Shown: one piece after another, positions 1 through 10,642 of the stretch
How positions within the stretch are numbered: position 1 is the first letter of the stretch
How the letters are laid out: every line of letters starts with the position of its first letter
DNA from: a virus
Lineage: Duplodnaviria > Heunggongvirae > Uroviricota > Caudoviricetes
Length of the DNA: 35,949 bases
IMG/VR virus record: IMGVR_UViG_3300020735_000006
Coordinates: 1 to 35,949 of that record
Reading direction: 5' to 3' (one strand)
Notes under the pieces: generated by a model
Seen by the model: only the letters and a program-made list of their open reading frames with translations
Told to the model about the DNA's origin: nothing
Databases searched by the model: none
Made by a program: the position numbers and the translations under genes

Positions 1-408
1 GCACGTTTATCGATGCCTGCCTTAACTCCTCGGTGGGTATTGCAGTATTGGGGAACAGAAGTATGCCGTAGAGCATTCCATGATAACATTTGGATTGCTG
101 CGTTAGAAGCACGCCTGTCGAGACGTAGCGATAATACTGTTATCAGCGATGTACGATTCCCTAATGAAATAAAAAGTATTAAAAATGCCGGGGGTAAAAT
201 TGTATGGGTTAAACGGGGAGAATTGCCTGCCTGGTACGAAACTGCTTGCCAAGCTAATTCCGGTGTGCCGGGTGCCGAATTAACGTTGCGCGGGCTTGGT
301 ATTCATATTAGCGAAACTGCGTGGGTAGGAACAGAGTTTGATGTTATCGTTGACAACAATGGCACAATAGAGGATCTATACAATAGCATTAAAAGTCTGG
401 TACAATAG
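1..408 (+). CDS. Deoxynucleoside monophosphate kinase (T4 gp1-like), 5' truncated by window
   Basis: Motifs TPRWVLQYWGTEVCR and VISDVRFPNE typical of phage dNMP kinases; frame open from position 1. Confidence 0.75.
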   Translation, partial: ARLSMPALTPRWVLQYWGTEVCRRAFHDNIWIAALEARLSRRSDNTVISDVRFPNEIKSIKNAGGKIVWVKRGELPAWYETACQANSGVPGAELTLRGLGIHISETAWVGTEFDVIVDNNGTIEDLYNSIKSLVQ

Positions 409-739
409 GACCGGGTTTCCACGGAATACGATTTTTGTATACTTCTTGAGTACAATTTAAACAAATAGTTTTGAGATTAAAATCGTTATTATTTTTTAAA
501 TTTCCATCAACATAGAATACATTACTTTGCTCTGGAAGAGTAAACTTAAAGCCACATTTCTCGCAATGTGGCTTTTTCTTATACCCGCTTTTAGCCCACC
601 CAGGTGGTTCTGGCTTTCGTTTTCTACTATTTCTAATACAACTAGCACAACTATTTCTATAATGTCGCACCCCATCTCGGATATAGTTAACAGATACTGG
701 ATTAGCACGACATATAGGGCATAGATCACGTTTAAGCAT
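389..739 (-). CDS. Hypothetical zinc-binding protein, degenerate HNH-like
   Basis: Four CxxC pairs; VFYVDGNLKNN...ICLNC resembles an HNH motif with His residues lost. Confidence 0.5.
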   Translation of the reverse strand: MLKRDLCPICRANPVSVNYIRDGVRHYRNSCASCIRNSRKRKPEPPGWAKSGYKKKPHCEKCGFKFTLPEQSNVFYVDGNLKNNNDFNLKTICLNCTQEVYKNRIPWKPGPIVPDF

Positions 740-801
740 ATAGTATTTATTACCCTAACCTTCCCAAAGGCTCCTGTAACGCCCCTATTTTACACCTTTA
801 T

Positions 802-809
802 TATAAATA
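802..809 (+). promoter_or_regulatory. T4-late-type promoter TATAAATA before tail sheath
   Basis: Exact TATAAATA about 30 nt before ATG; NATAAATA recurs before structural genes at 4197, 4895, 7196, 7722, 14748, 22052, 23859, 29633. Confidence 0.7.
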
Positions 810-840
810 ACTATAACATGTATTTTAAAGGAATATAACC

Positions 841-3800
841 ATGGCACTAGTATCTCCAGGAATTCAGATTTCCATATCAGACCAAAGTCAATCAGTTAAC
901 GGTAATGTTGGTTCAGTACCATTAGTGATTTTAGCAACAGCGCAAGATAAAACATATAACGGTGCCCCTGCTACAGGTACATCTAAGGCTAACGCAGGAA
1001 AACTACTATCATTTAGTAGCCAACGCGATTTAGTTACACAAATGGGTACACCAACTTTCCAGTTAAGTGCTACTGGTACTCCTGTTAACGGCAGTGAAGT
1101 TAACGAATACGGACTATTAGCAGCGCATAGCGCACTAGGATTAACTAATCAACTATTTGCTATTCGTGCTGATATTGATTTAGCTGAACTAGTTGGCACA
1201 ACTGTTCGTCCAATTGGTGAGCCAGCAGATGGCACACTTTGGTTAGATACAGTAAACACAACATGGGGTATTAACTCACTAGATTCTTTAGCTGGCGCAT
1301 TCAGTGAAGTTGCTCCGTTAATAATCACAGATCCTGCCCAAGTATCTGATGTAACGATTAATAGTATAACTGTCTCAACCCCAATAAGTTCTATTGGTAC
1401 TATTGGCCAATATGCATTAGTGTTCATTAATACAGATGGTTCTACAACAACACAGGCTCGCTTATTTTACAAAAAAGGCCCAAACTCATATATTGGTGCA
1501 GTTGCATCAAACACTTGGGTATTAGTGGGTAGTCCGGATTGGCAAGTAAGTTTACCTGCAATTTATGGTACAGTAAATAATCCTAGTATTGCAACAAGTA
1601 GTACTGTGACAATTAATAGTGTTCCTGTTACATCAGATGGCACAGTAACTACACTTGGTGGTAATAATGGGTTAGTAGCTAAGATCAATGGCGCAACTAT
1701 TCCTGGGGTATATGCTGGACTATCAACGACTGGCGCTCTATTATTATTTGTAAATAGTCTTGCAACAAGTAATGGTTCTACTGTTGATGGTAAATTAATT
1801 ATTACTGACGGCACACATAGCCCGATGTATGCTGCCGGTATTGTAACTGTTCCAAGTTCCGGTACAGCTACAGCATATTGCCCAATTTTATTCTATGGTT
1901 CATATGCAGATACTCCGACATTCAACAATGGACAATCTGGCTGGTTTGTAACTGACAATGCACCACGCCCAACTGGCTCTATTTGGTGGAAAACCAGTGC
2001 ATTAGGAAATGGATTTAATCCAGTTATTAGTAAATTTAACTCTAGTTTAAATCAATGGCAACAACTAGCAGCACCAATGTTCCCATATTTCTCTGATTCA
2101 GTTTATGGCCTAGATCCAATTGGCGGCGGAGCAAACATTAAAAATGGTCAGCTATTATCATTATTTGGTGTGCTTGATGGGACTTACAACATTTTAAAAT
2201 TTGCTGAAGAAACTGAAATGGGTATGTCTAGTGCAACTGGCGGCCCAGCGGGTACCTTTACTGTTGGTAATTCATTCATTGTGCGTTCAACTGTACCGGG
2301 TACAGCAACTCAACTTGTAACAACAGTTACATTAACAGGAACAACAGCACAGAGTTTTGTGGCTAATTTATTAGCTGCTAACATTCCGTATGTTACAGCA
2401 TCTGTAACTACTATTGGTTCAACAACTACAATTACTATTACACATACAACTGGGGGTAATCTTGGTTTATCAGATAATGCCGGAACACCGTTAGAAACAG
2501 CAGGATTTGTCGCTGGTCAGGGTTCAGGATTCTTTGTTGAATCTAACCGTGTTATTATTAATAGTTTCACTGAAGTAACTAACGTTGTTTCGTATACAGT
2601 TAGCGCACCACATTCATCACCAGCAAGTGGCACACTATGGTATAACAGTGATGCAGTTGACATCGACATTATGATTAACAATAATGGTTGGAAAGGTTAC
2701 AAAAACGTAGGTAGCGATATCCGTGGATATAATTTAACTTCAACAGATCCACTAGGTGTTATTGTTACTCCTTCTACAGCACCAACAAGTCAAACCGACG
2801 GAACAGCACTAGTAGCAGGTGATTTATGGTTAGACAGTGGCGATTTAATTAACTATCCAAGTTTATATCGTTATAACGGTACTAAGTTTGTAGCAATTGA
2901 TAATACAGACCATACAAGTTCTGCTGGTATTATCTTTGCTGATGCGCGATGGGACACAAGCGGTACTACTGATATTGTTACTAGCAATTTACCGAGTGTT
3001 GTTGCATTATTAAACAGTGATTATATTGATCAAGATGCTCCGGATTATCGTTTATATCCACGTGGAACATTAATGTTTAATATGCGTCGTAGTGGATATA
3101 ATGTTAAGAAATTTGTTCCTAACTATTTTAACTCAACTAGTTTCCCTAATTTGCCAACAGTTCCTAATGCTGGTAATACTTTACCAACTATTAAAGATGC
3201 ATGGGTAACAACAAGTGGTTTAGATAATAACGGTGTTATGAATTCTGGAGCAAGAGCACAACGAGCAATGATCGCTAGTGCAATGCAATCGGCAGTTGAT
3301 AGCAACCTTGATGCATCATCATTATCATTCCAATTTAATTTATTAGTTGCCCCTGGATATCCAGAAGTAGTTCCTAATTTATTAACATTAAATAGCAACC
3401 GTGGCGATACAGCGTTTGTTATCGGTGATACCCCAATGGATCTAGCACCTAATACAGTTGACCTTACAAACTGGAACAATAACATTACTAGTACATGGGC
3501 TATAGCTGGTGCAAGTGCTAGTCCATACTTAGCAGTATATTACCCAGCTGGTCGTACAACAGATTTATCTGGTAATACTGTAGTAGTTCCGGCAAGTCAC
3601 GCTGCGTTACGTACATATTTGTATAACGATCAGGTTGCATATCCGTGGTTCGCTCCAGCAGGTACTCAACGTGGTGTAGTTACTAATATTGGCGACATTG
3701 GTTATATTAATAGTGCAACCGGTGGATTCATTCATAACTCTATTAACCAAGGGTTACGTGATGCATTGGCTACATTAGAAATTAATCCAATAACACAACT

Positions 3801-4182
3801 ACCGGGTGCCGGACTTGTTGTGTGGGGACAGTTAACACGCAGCGGCGCAACAACTTCACGTAATCGTGTAAACGTTGTTCGATTAGAAAATTACTTACGT
3901 ACAATTTTCCAATCAATTGCAAACGGTTATTTATTTGAGCCAAATGATGTTACTACACGCAAATCAATTGCATCAGCAGTTAGTGGTTCGTTGAATAGTG
4001 TATTAGCTCATCGCGGGTTATATGATTTCTTAGTAATTTGCGATTCAAGCAACAATACAAGTTCTACTATTGCTAATAACCAACTATATGTTGACGTTGC
4101 TATTGAACCAGAACGTGATGTAGAGTTTATCTTTATCCCGATTGCGATTTACAACCCAGGCACAATCGCTAGCTTCAGATAA
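841..4182 (+). CDS. gp18: Contractile tail sheath protein
   Basis: N-term MALVSPGIQISISD; C-term PWFAPAGTQRG, INPITQLPGAGLVVWGQLT, RVNVVRL, VAIEPERDVEFI sheath motifs. Confidence 0.92.
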   Translation: MALVSPGIQISISDQSQSVNGNVGSVPLVILATAQDKTYNGAPATGTSKANAGKLLSFSSQRDLVTQMGTPTFQLSATGTPVNGSEVNEYGLLAAHSALGLTNQLFAIRADIDLAELVGTTVRPIGEPADGTLWLDTVNTTWGINSLDSLAGAFSEVAPLIITDPAQVSDVTINSITVSTPISSIGTIGQYALVFINTDGSTTTQARLFYKKGPNSYIGAVASNTWVLVGSPDWQVSLPAIYGTVNNPSIATSSTVTINSVPVTSDGTVTTLGGNNGLVAKINGATIPGVYAGLSTTGALLLFVNSLATSNGSTVDGKLIITDGTHSPMYAAGIVTVPSSGTATAYCPILFYGSYADTPTFNNGQSGWFVTDNAPRPTGSIWWKTSALGNGFNPVISKFNSSLNQWQQLAAPMFPYFSDSVYGLDPIGGGANIKNGQLLSLFGVLDGTYNILKFAEETEMGMSSATGGPAGTFTVGNSFIVRSTVPGTATQLVTTVTLTGTTAQSFVANLLAANIPYVTASVTTIGSTTTITITHTTGGNLGLSDNAGTPLETAGFVAGQGSGFFVESNRVIINSFTEVTNVVSYTVSAPHSSPASGTLWYNSDAVDIDIMINNNGWKGYKNVGSDIRGYNLTSTDPLGVIVTPSTAPTSQTDGTALVAGDLWLDSGDLINYPSLYRYNGTKFVAIDNTDHTSSAGIIFADARWDTSGTTDIVTSNLPSVVALLNSDYIDQDAPDYRLYPRGTLMFNMRRSGYNVKKFVPNYFNSTSFPNLPTVPNAGNTLPTIKDAWVTTSGLDNNGVMNSGARAQRAMIASAMQSAVDSNLDASSLSFQFNLLVAPGYPEVVPNLLTLNSNRGDTAFVIGDTPMDLAPNTVDLTNWNNNITSTWAIAGASASPYLAVYYPAGRTTDLSGNTVVVPASHAALRTYLYNDQVAYPWFAPAGTQRGVVTNIGDIGYINSATGGFIHNSINQGLRDALATLEINPITQLPGAGLVVWGQLTRSGATTSRNRVNVVRLENYLRTIFQSIANGYLFEPNDVTTRKSIASAVSGSLNSVLAHRGLYDFLVICDSSNNTSSTIANNQLYVDVAIEPERDVEFIFIPIAIYNPGTIASFR

Positions 4183-4196
4183 GAGAACGTTAATTA

Positions 4197-4204
4197 GATA
4201 AATA
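4197..4204 (+). promoter_or_regulatory. Late-type promoter GATAAATA before tail tube
   Basis: Same motif and spacing as before other structural genes; AGGAG RBS follows. Confidence 0.55.
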
Positions 4205-4223
4205 AGAGTAACAGGAGAATAAA

Positions 4224-4841
4224 ATGGCATCATTAAATACACTTTCGGTACAAGCAGCAGGCGCTAATCAAGGCCTTTTGATGCCAAAGTTAAAATATCG
4301 CTTTCGTGCGATATTTACAGGATTCGGCGTTGATAATGCCGGACTAACAGAATTAACTAAACAAGTAGTTGACATTAAACGCCCAAACGTAAATTTTAAC
4401 CCAATTACAATTGACGTTTATAACTCAAAGGTTTTCCTACAAGGTAAACCGGAGTGGCAAGATACAACTATTAACATTCGCGACGACGCCACTGGCGCTG
4501 TTAGTAAAATGGTTGGTCAGCAAGTTCAGAAGCAATTTGACTTCTTGGAACAAGCTAGTGCTCCAAGTGGCGGCGACTATAAGTTTAGTATCACATACGA
4601 AGTATTAGACGGCGGTAATGGCGCTACTACTCCTAATGTTCTCGAATCGTGGGAATTAGATGGTTGCTTCCTAAGTCAAGTTGATTGGGGCGATATGGCC
4701 TATAATAGTAATGATCCTGTTCAGATTGCATTAACTATTAAATTTGATAACGCTATTCAAACAAGTGGTATAAGTGCTACTGTTTCACCTGCAATAGCTG
4801 GTACCCCTGGCGGTACAGCAGTAGGCGGTACTGGTAGTTAA
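4224..4841 (+). CDS. gp19: Tail tube protein
   Basis: Follows sheath; PKLKYRFRA, GKPEWQDTTINIRDD, WELDGCFLSQVDWGDMAY, LTIKFDNA are tube-family motifs. Confidence 0.85.
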   Translation: MASLNTLSVQAAGANQGLLMPKLKYRFRAIFTGFGVDNAGLTELTKQVVDIKRPNVNFNPITIDVYNSKVFLQGKPEWQDTTINIRDDATGAVSKMVGQQVQKQFDFLEQASAPSGGDYKFSITYEVLDGGNGATTPNVLESWELDGCFLSQVDWGDMAYNSNDPVQIALTIKFDNAIQTSGISATVSPAIAGTPGGTAVGGTGS

Positions 4842-4860
4842 TAAGTAACTTATTAATATT

Positions 4861-4889
4861 AAACCCGGAGTTAAAACCCGGGTTTTTTA
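4861..4889 (+). terminator. Intrinsic terminator after tail tube
   Basis: AAACCCGG/CCGGGTTT stem followed by T-run. Confidence 0.8.
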
Positions 4890-4907
4890 TTGACCATAAA
4901 TAATAGT

Positions 4908-6371
4908 ATGAGCATAAATCATATCCTAAATAGTAAATCTTCTACTATGCGTAGTTATCAACATGCATCTCGTATTTTTGTTGATGGTAATTATCGATTA
5001 AGTCCTAAGTACGGATTCTTGTTCTATGTAGAATTTGATTTTAACCCACTGATTAGTAATGTTAGTAATACTTCTGCACAAGAAATGGGAATGATTGTTA
5101 AAAATATCAATCTACCAAAATTCACAATGGATATTAAAGCGCACAATGCTTATAATCGTGTGAACTTAGTTCAAAATAAAATTAAGTATGACCCTATTAA
5201 CATTGTATTCCATGATGATCAAGCAGATACCGTAAGAGATTTCTGGTATGACTATTATAGTTTCTTCTATCGTGATAGTGATTACAACGATGCTACATAC
5301 AGTATTGTTAATAAGTACCAAGAGCGTCCTAGCTTCGAATGGGGGTATACTCCGCGCCCTGTTAGTAGTTATAATGCAGCTAATGCATATCAAAGCTATC
5401 AATATATACAGGCTATAAGAATTTATAGTTTGTATCAAAAGAACTTTGCCGAATATGAATTAATTAATCCTATCATTACAAGTTTTAGACATGGTGAACA
5501 TAACACAAGCGAAGGAACTGGACTATTAGAACACCAAATGAGTGTTCAATTTGAAACAGTAAAATATCAAACAGGATACACTACACAAAATACGGTAGGG
5601 GGTTATATAGATTTACATTATGACAATACTCCAACTCCGTTAGTAACAAATCCATCTGACGTTAATCTAGTAGATAACGGGCATGGCGGCGTTGCTACTG
5701 CCCCAGACACAATAACAGATTTAGCAAATTTTAATTTATCCACTAGTGGCGGTCAAGTTGTACCACAGCCATCGAGCTCTGCTTTAGCGGCATCAGTTTC
5801 ATTCTCATCTATTACAAGTTCACTTTTATCAACGTCGGCTACCAATGGCGTTAACGCAGGCGGATTTGCATTACCTGCATTAGGAAGTTTAACCTCGGGG
5901 CTTAGTAATAGCAATTTAATACAACAACAACTACAAGCGGCAACTATAAGTCTTGCTGGTAGAGCAGCGTCTACTTTAGCTGGAGGAGTAATTGGTGGGA
6001 TCACATCAGGCTTAGGACCAGCTGGTACAGCAGTTCTTGGGCTGGCAGTATCAGCAATCGCTAATCCAAGTGCTACACTTAAAACTGCCGAAAACATGGC
6101 TATTAATTATGCAACAAATGCGGCATCTTCGGCAATTCAAAATGCATTAAATCCAATTGCTAATAAGATTCAAAGTGAGATATCAGGCTTCATTGGTGAC
6201 AACATTACAACTCCTGTTACTGCGGCACTAGGCGATGCTAGTACATATATACAAAATCAAATCGGCGAAGGCCTAGCAAGCTTCTCGTTTGGCGGAGCAG
6301 ATGATGCAGTTACCGCAGCATTGTTTAGCGGTGATTCATCATATGATGCTGCTGCAGGGTGGTCAAGTTAA
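4908..6371 (+). CDS. Putative baseplate/tail-tube-initiator-like structural protein (start trimmed from 4890)
   Basis: N-terminal half resembles tube-like fold (NKIKYDPINIVFHDD); Ala/Ser/Gly-rich C-terminus; late motif at 4895 favours ATG 4908. Confidence 0.5.
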   Translation: MSINHILNSKSSTMRSYQHASRIFVDGNYRLSPKYGFLFYVEFDFNPLISNVSNTSAQEMGMIVKNINLPKFTMDIKAHNAYNRVNLVQNKIKYDPINIVFHDDQADTVRDFWYDYYSFFYRDSDYNDATYSIVNKYQERPSFEWGYTPRPVSSYNAANAYQSYQYIQAIRIYSLYQKNFAEYELINPIITSFRHGEHNTSEGTGLLEHQMSVQFETVKYQTGYTTQNTVGGYIDLHYDNTPTPLVTNPSDVNLVDNGHGGVATAPDTITDLANFNLSTSGGQVVPQPSSSALAASVSFSSITSSLLSTSATNGVNAGGFALPALGSLTSGLSNSNLIQQQLQAATISLAGRAASTLAGGVIGGITSGLGPAGTAVLGLAVSAIANPSATLKTAENMAINYATNAASSAIQNALNPIANKIQSEISGFIGDNITTPVTAALGDASTYIQNQIGEGLASFSFGGADDAVTAALFSGDSSYDAAAGWSS

Positions 6372-6373
6372 TT

Positions 6374-6760
6374 ATGTCTACTAATCAAATTTCAACAGCA
6401 ACTAATGTACAAGGTCCGGACCTTTCTAATGTACAAAATAATACGCAAAAGTTTTTTAATAACTTTTTTGCAAGAGATTTTGCCATTGGCGCTGCAAATG
6501 ATATTATTGTTGCTTATTTTGAAAAATACACAGGTAGTGCAACAAATGGAAAAATGTTAGCAGCAACAGTTATCTATACAGCACAAGCACAAAATCTTGA
6601 TCCAATGGCAGTACTTTCACAATTTCAAAAGTTAACACCCGGCCAAGTTGATAATTACTTAGCTGCATTTTTAAACTTTAATCGTGTGCCCACAAGCACA
6701 ATCGGGGTTAAACAGATTCAACAAACAAGTCCGTTTATAACTAGAAGTATACTACCATAA
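6374..6760 (+). CDS. Hypothetical protein (structural block)
   Basis: ATG 3 nt after previous stop; tight gene packing. Confidence 0.6.
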   Translation: MSTNQISTATNVQGPDLSNVQNNTQKFFNNFFARDFAIGAANDIIVAYFEKYTGSATNGKMLAATVIYTAQAQNLDPMAVLSQFQKLTPGQVDNYLAAFLNFNRVPTSTIGVKQIQQTSPFITRSILP

Positions 6761-7191
6761 TGGCAAAATACGCTCAAGGCAAATTTCAATTAACTAATCC
6801 GCAAAAGTATGCAGGAAACAAAGCCCCAACATATCGTTCAAGTTGGGAATTTGTGTTTATGCAGTTCTGTGATAACAATCCTAGTATTATTCAATGGGCT
6901 AGTGAAGCAGTACACATTAACTACAGGAATCCATTAACGGGTAAAAATACTATATATGTACCAGATTTCTTAATTACATATCAAGATTCTGGCGGCGCCC
7001 AACGAGCAGAAATTATTGAAATCAAACCTAAAAAAGAAACTACCTTAGAAGGTGCTAAGAACATACGTGATCAAGCCGCTGCTATTCTCAACCTTGCCAA
7101 GTGGGAAGCTGCACGTCAATGGTGCAAAGCACATGGTCTAACATTTAGAGTAGTTACTGAGGACATGATTTTCCATCAGGGTAAGCGTTAA
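6760..7191 (+). CDS. gp4: Head completion nuclease (T4 gp4-like, TnsA/PD-(D/E)xK fold)
   Basis: YRSSWEFVFMQFCD, WASE, YVPDF, IEIKP, NLAKWEAA motifs. Confidence 0.85.
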   Translation: MAKYAQGKFQLTNPQKYAGNKAPTYRSSWEFVFMQFCDNNPSIIQWASEAVHINYRNPLTGKNTIYVPDFLITYQDSGGAQRAEIIEIKPKKETTLEGAKNIRDQAAAILNLAKWEAARQWCKAHGLTFRVVTEDMIFHQGKR

Positions 7192-7208
7192 TACCAATAA
7201 ATATTGGT

Positions 7209-7712
7209 ATGACTAAAAAATTAGAATCACTCTTTAATCTTCCGCCATCCAATGATGCAGAAGATACCACCCCAGAACAAGCTAACAAGTTTATCCGAGA
7301 CAATAAAACAACCATTGCTGAAGTTGATTCGGCAATTGACAAAATTGATGCAGCCCTTCCTACTGTACGTGATTTAGAAACAGGAGACGACGAGCTAGAC
7401 GAATTAGCCAAACTAGCACAAGATAAAGCCGAAGATCTAATGGATTTAGGTATGAATGTTGAGCCTCGATTTGCTGGAGTTATCATGCAAACAGCCGGAG
7501 TATTGCTAGGACATGCTATTACAGCTAAAACTGCTAAATTAGACAAAAAACTAAAAATGGTACAATTACAACTAGCTAAAGCCAAGTTAGATTATCAAAT
7601 TGAAAAAGATGCCGCGAGTAAGGGTCCTGTAGAAGAAGCAATAGAAGGACACGGCGTAGTATTTGACCGCAACGAATTACTAAAACAGATTATGGGTAAG
7701 AAAGATAATTAA
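7209..7712 (+). CDS. Hypothetical helical protein, possibly terminase small subunit
   Basis: Coiled-coil character and C-terminal VVFDRNELLK reminiscent of gp16-like proteins; weak. Confidence 0.45.
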   Translation: MTKKLESLFNLPPSNDAEDTTPEQANKFIRDNKTTIAEVDSAIDKIDAALPTVRDLETGDDELDELAKLAQDKAEDLMDLGMNVEPRFAGVIMQTAGVLLGHAITAKTAKLDKKLKMVQLQLAKAKLDYQIEKDAASKGPVEEAIEGHGVVFDRNELLKQIMGKKDN

Positions 7713-7748
7713 CCTGATTTGTATAAATATAGAATATAGGAAATAAAA

Positions 7749-8363
7749 ATGAAATCGTTCCAATCATACATTTTTGAATTAAATAAGCCAAGTGAGTTTC
7801 GTATTAAACTTGCTGGTATTAATCCAACTGGTCCAGTAATGGAAAGCATTAAAAACGCACTAGAAGCATTTCAACTTGAAAGCGTTAGTACTGTTAAAAG
7901 TTTACCAATCCAAGAACACCGCGAGTTCCCACAGTGGGGCGGTCCATGCGAAGCATATCAATTTGATGTTAAATTAGCATACCCAACTACTAGTATGTCT
8001 GTCCGTCAGACTATTAAAGAACGTGCTCAAATCAACGTAGACTGGATTAACGTTCGTAACTTACTTGAAGCAGAGAACATTGAAGAAGCCGAAGCACTCG
8101 GTAAAGACCATACTGGCTCACTACTAGATGTTGAAGATCTGGGTGGCAGTACAGAAGGTCAATCATTGGCAGGACAGGTTCGCATTGGTAGTTTATTAAA
8201 AGAATTAGAGTCCCGCAAGTTTGATTTTGCTACAGACGACACTAACTTAGACAAAGTATTTCAAAGCAAAAAAGGTACAGATACAAACTCTATACCACAA
8301 GGCGATGTATCTCCAGAGGGTACAAAGCAAAACAAAATTTATCGCAAACCAAAAGGCAATTAA
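7749..8363 (+). CDS. Hypothetical protein
   Basis: TATAAATA at 7722, AGGA RBS, 204 aa ORF. Confidence 0.65.
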   Translation: MKSFQSYIFELNKPSEFRIKLAGINPTGPVMESIKNALEAFQLESVSTVKSLPIQEHREFPQWGGPCEAYQFDVKLAYPTTSMSVRQTIKERAQINVDWINVRNLLEAENIEEAEALGKDHTGSLLDVEDLGGSTEGQSLAGQVRIGSLLKELESRKFDFATDDTNLDKVFQSKKGTDTNSIPQGDVSPEGTKQNKIYRKPKGN

Positions 8364-8365
8364 TC

Positions 8366-10642
8366 ATGAGCAAGAATCACCCACACGACAATATCTATTC
8401 CATCTTAGGCAAGTTGGACGCACTAAAGCCAACTCCAGAAGAGAAGCGTATGTCTCTTGTAAAAGAAATCCGCGAAAGCATTGAAGCTCAAGGTAGTATT
8501 GTTGAGGGTGTCGATGCTGTTCAAGCTAAACTAGCTCGTCAATTTGCCGAAGGCAAAGACGAAGGCAAGCCAGGTAAAACATTTGCTAAGATTGCTAAAT
8601 CGGCTGGCAAACACTATGGTTCAGCCGAAGCTGGTAAGCGTGTAGCCGGTGCAGTTAAAGCTAAGTTAGCCAAGCAAGGTAAGTTAGAAGAAGGTGATGT
8701 TGTACCTACCGCTACCGGACTAAAGCATAAAGGTACAACAGGGTACGGCGCAGATTATGATGCTGGCCGTGGTCAAGAATTTTCTAAACAAAAACATCAT
8801 GCAGATCTTAGTAAGGTTGATAAGACACTCACTAAAAGTCTTGAAAAAGGCATGGATGTAACACTAGATGAGAAAGCTCCTCCAGGCATGGAGAAGATGG
8901 TTCGTAAGTTGAAAAAAGAATATCCCGGCGAAGAAGGCAAAGCATTTGCTACTGCTTGGTCAATTTACAACAAGAAGCATGGTAAGAAAACTGAAAGCCG
9001 TGATGCTTGCCCCGGTTGTAACGAGTGCAGTATGGAAGAAGCTCTAAATCCGGAGCAAAGCAAACGCCATGACGCTAAGTCTAAAGAAGAATTTATAAAA
9101 ATGTGCCGAATTGAAGGCATGTCCGACGAACAAATCAAGCGCAAGTTAGCCCGTTGGTCTAAGGTACCCGGTCAAGAGCACATGAAGGGTATGAAAGAAG
9201 ATCCACAAGAAGCATTTCAAGAAGGCGAACTTACACGTAAACATGGTGTAACAAAACATATTAAAACAGATTATCCTGGTTATCCAAGCGATGATTTGGA
9301 AAAAGATGATGATGGACGCACTGGTCCTAAGGCTGTTGGCGGTCGTGGTCGTCCACGCAAAGCAAGTACAGTTAATCCACGCATTGATCCTAATGCACCT
9401 AAAAAAGGTCGCGGTCGCCCATCGAGTACTAAATCGGTTGGTGCAAGTAGTTTAGCTGATCCGTTTGGCCGCACTACTGGTGTAGCACCAAAAGGACAAA
9501 AAGGTAAAGTACATTCTATGTCTGAAGCAATGAATATGGTAACAAAAAACTTATTAACTGAAGGTCGTTACTTAGAAGATAGCAATGGCGAATCATTTAA
9601 TCATATTATGAATCGTTTCCGTACTGAAGTTAAAGCATTTGAGCAAGGCAACGACTTAGATAACGACTTATATGATGCATTGTTTGACTATTATTCAGAG
9701 TGCGGCGAAATGCCATATGGCGTACAAAAAGCACGTGACGGCGATCCGTATGAATGGGTAGCAGAAAAGTTAGGCGCCGAGTTAGGCGACGTTGCGTATG
9801 GTAGCGATCCTGCTAATGCAGAAGGTTTTGGTATCGAGGATGAAGCTGCTCCAGCTGGTATTGGACACGATTTAGTAAGTCCGGAACAACGTGTAGCACA
9901 ATCAACTCCTGCTAAGCCGGGCGTTATGGGCGCAGTTAAAGACGTTGCACAAGGCGCAAGCAATTGGTTACGTGGCAAACCAGAAACAGGCCCTACATAC
10001 GAAGAAGCCGATCCAATGGAACACGAATTAAATGAACTAGCACGTTTAGCTGGATTACATTCAGCTGGTAGTCAAGTACGTGAAAGTTTTGACCAGTCAC
10101 AACCCGAGTTTAGTTTAAACACAAGCATTGATAGCGAAGGTCGTAAGTCTGTTAGTGTTAGTGCAGAAGGCGAACAAGCAGAAGCATTATTACAAATGTT
10201 AAAAATTGCTGGATTAGGTGGTGGCGATAAAGCACGTGAACTACAAGCCGGTCACAGCGAAGAAGGTTGTGAAGAAATTGAAGATGAAGGTAATGAGTTT
10301 AGTGGCGAATTAGCCCAAGCTCGCGCACAGCATCAAGATACATTTGATGTTGGTGGCCATGAGTATGAAGTCGATGAAGCAGATGCTCCAGTTGATTCTC
10401 CTGCTACTCAACCAGCTAATGCTCCAGATGAGAAGTACGCATCAATGAGAGCAAGCACTATGGGCCCAGGCGAAGGTGATGCAGGAGAAAAAGCAATGAA
10501 TCCAGATCGTCCAACTAATAACAATGGCGATAATGCACTAGCAACTCCTCCAACAAGAGCACAAAAAACTCTTATTCAGGTAGCAGCACTTGAATCTAAA
10601 TTAGCCGCAGAATACGAAAGTATTAAGAAAGTTATTAAGTAA
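8366..10642 (+). CDS. Large charged low-complexity protein, possible internal head/core protein
   Basis: 758 aa; two RGRP AT-hook-like motifs; many hydrophobic-x-E segments. Confidence 0.6.
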   Translation: MSKNHPHDNIYSILGKLDALKPTPEEKRMSLVKEIRESIEAQGSIVEGVDAVQAKLARQFAEGKDEGKPGKTFAKIAKSAGKHYGSAEAGKRVAGAVKAKLAKQGKLEEGDVVPTATGLKHKGTTGYGADYDAGRGQEFSKQKHHADLSKVDKTLTKSLEKGMDVTLDEKAPPGMEKMVRKLKKEYPGEEGKAFATAWSIYNKKHGKKTESRDACPGCNECSMEEALNPEQSKRHDAKSKEEFIKMCRIEGMSDEQIKRKLARWSKVPGQEHMKGMKEDPQEAFQEGELTRKHGVTKHIKTDYPGYPSDDLEKDDDGRTGPKAVGGRGRPRKASTVNPRIDPNAPKKGRGRPSSTKSVGASSLADPFGRTTGVAPKGQKGKVHSMSEAMNMVTKNLLTEGRYLEDSNGESFNHIMNRFRTEVKAFEQGNDLDNDLYDALFDYYSECGEMPYGVQKARDGDPYEWVAEKLGAELGDVAYGSDPANAEGFGIEDEAAPAGIGHDLVSPEQRVAQSTPAKPGVMGAVKDVAQGASNWLRGKPETGPTYEEADPMEHELNELARLAGLHSAGSQVRESFDQSQPEFSLNTSIDSEGRKSVSVSAEGEQAEALLQMLKIAGLGGGDKARELQAGHSEEGCEEIEDEGNEFSGELAQARAQHQDTFDVGGHEYEVDEADAPVDSPATQPANAPDEKYASMRASTMGPGEGDAGEKAMNPDRPTNNNGDNALATPPTRAQKTLIQVAALESKLAAEYESIKKVIK

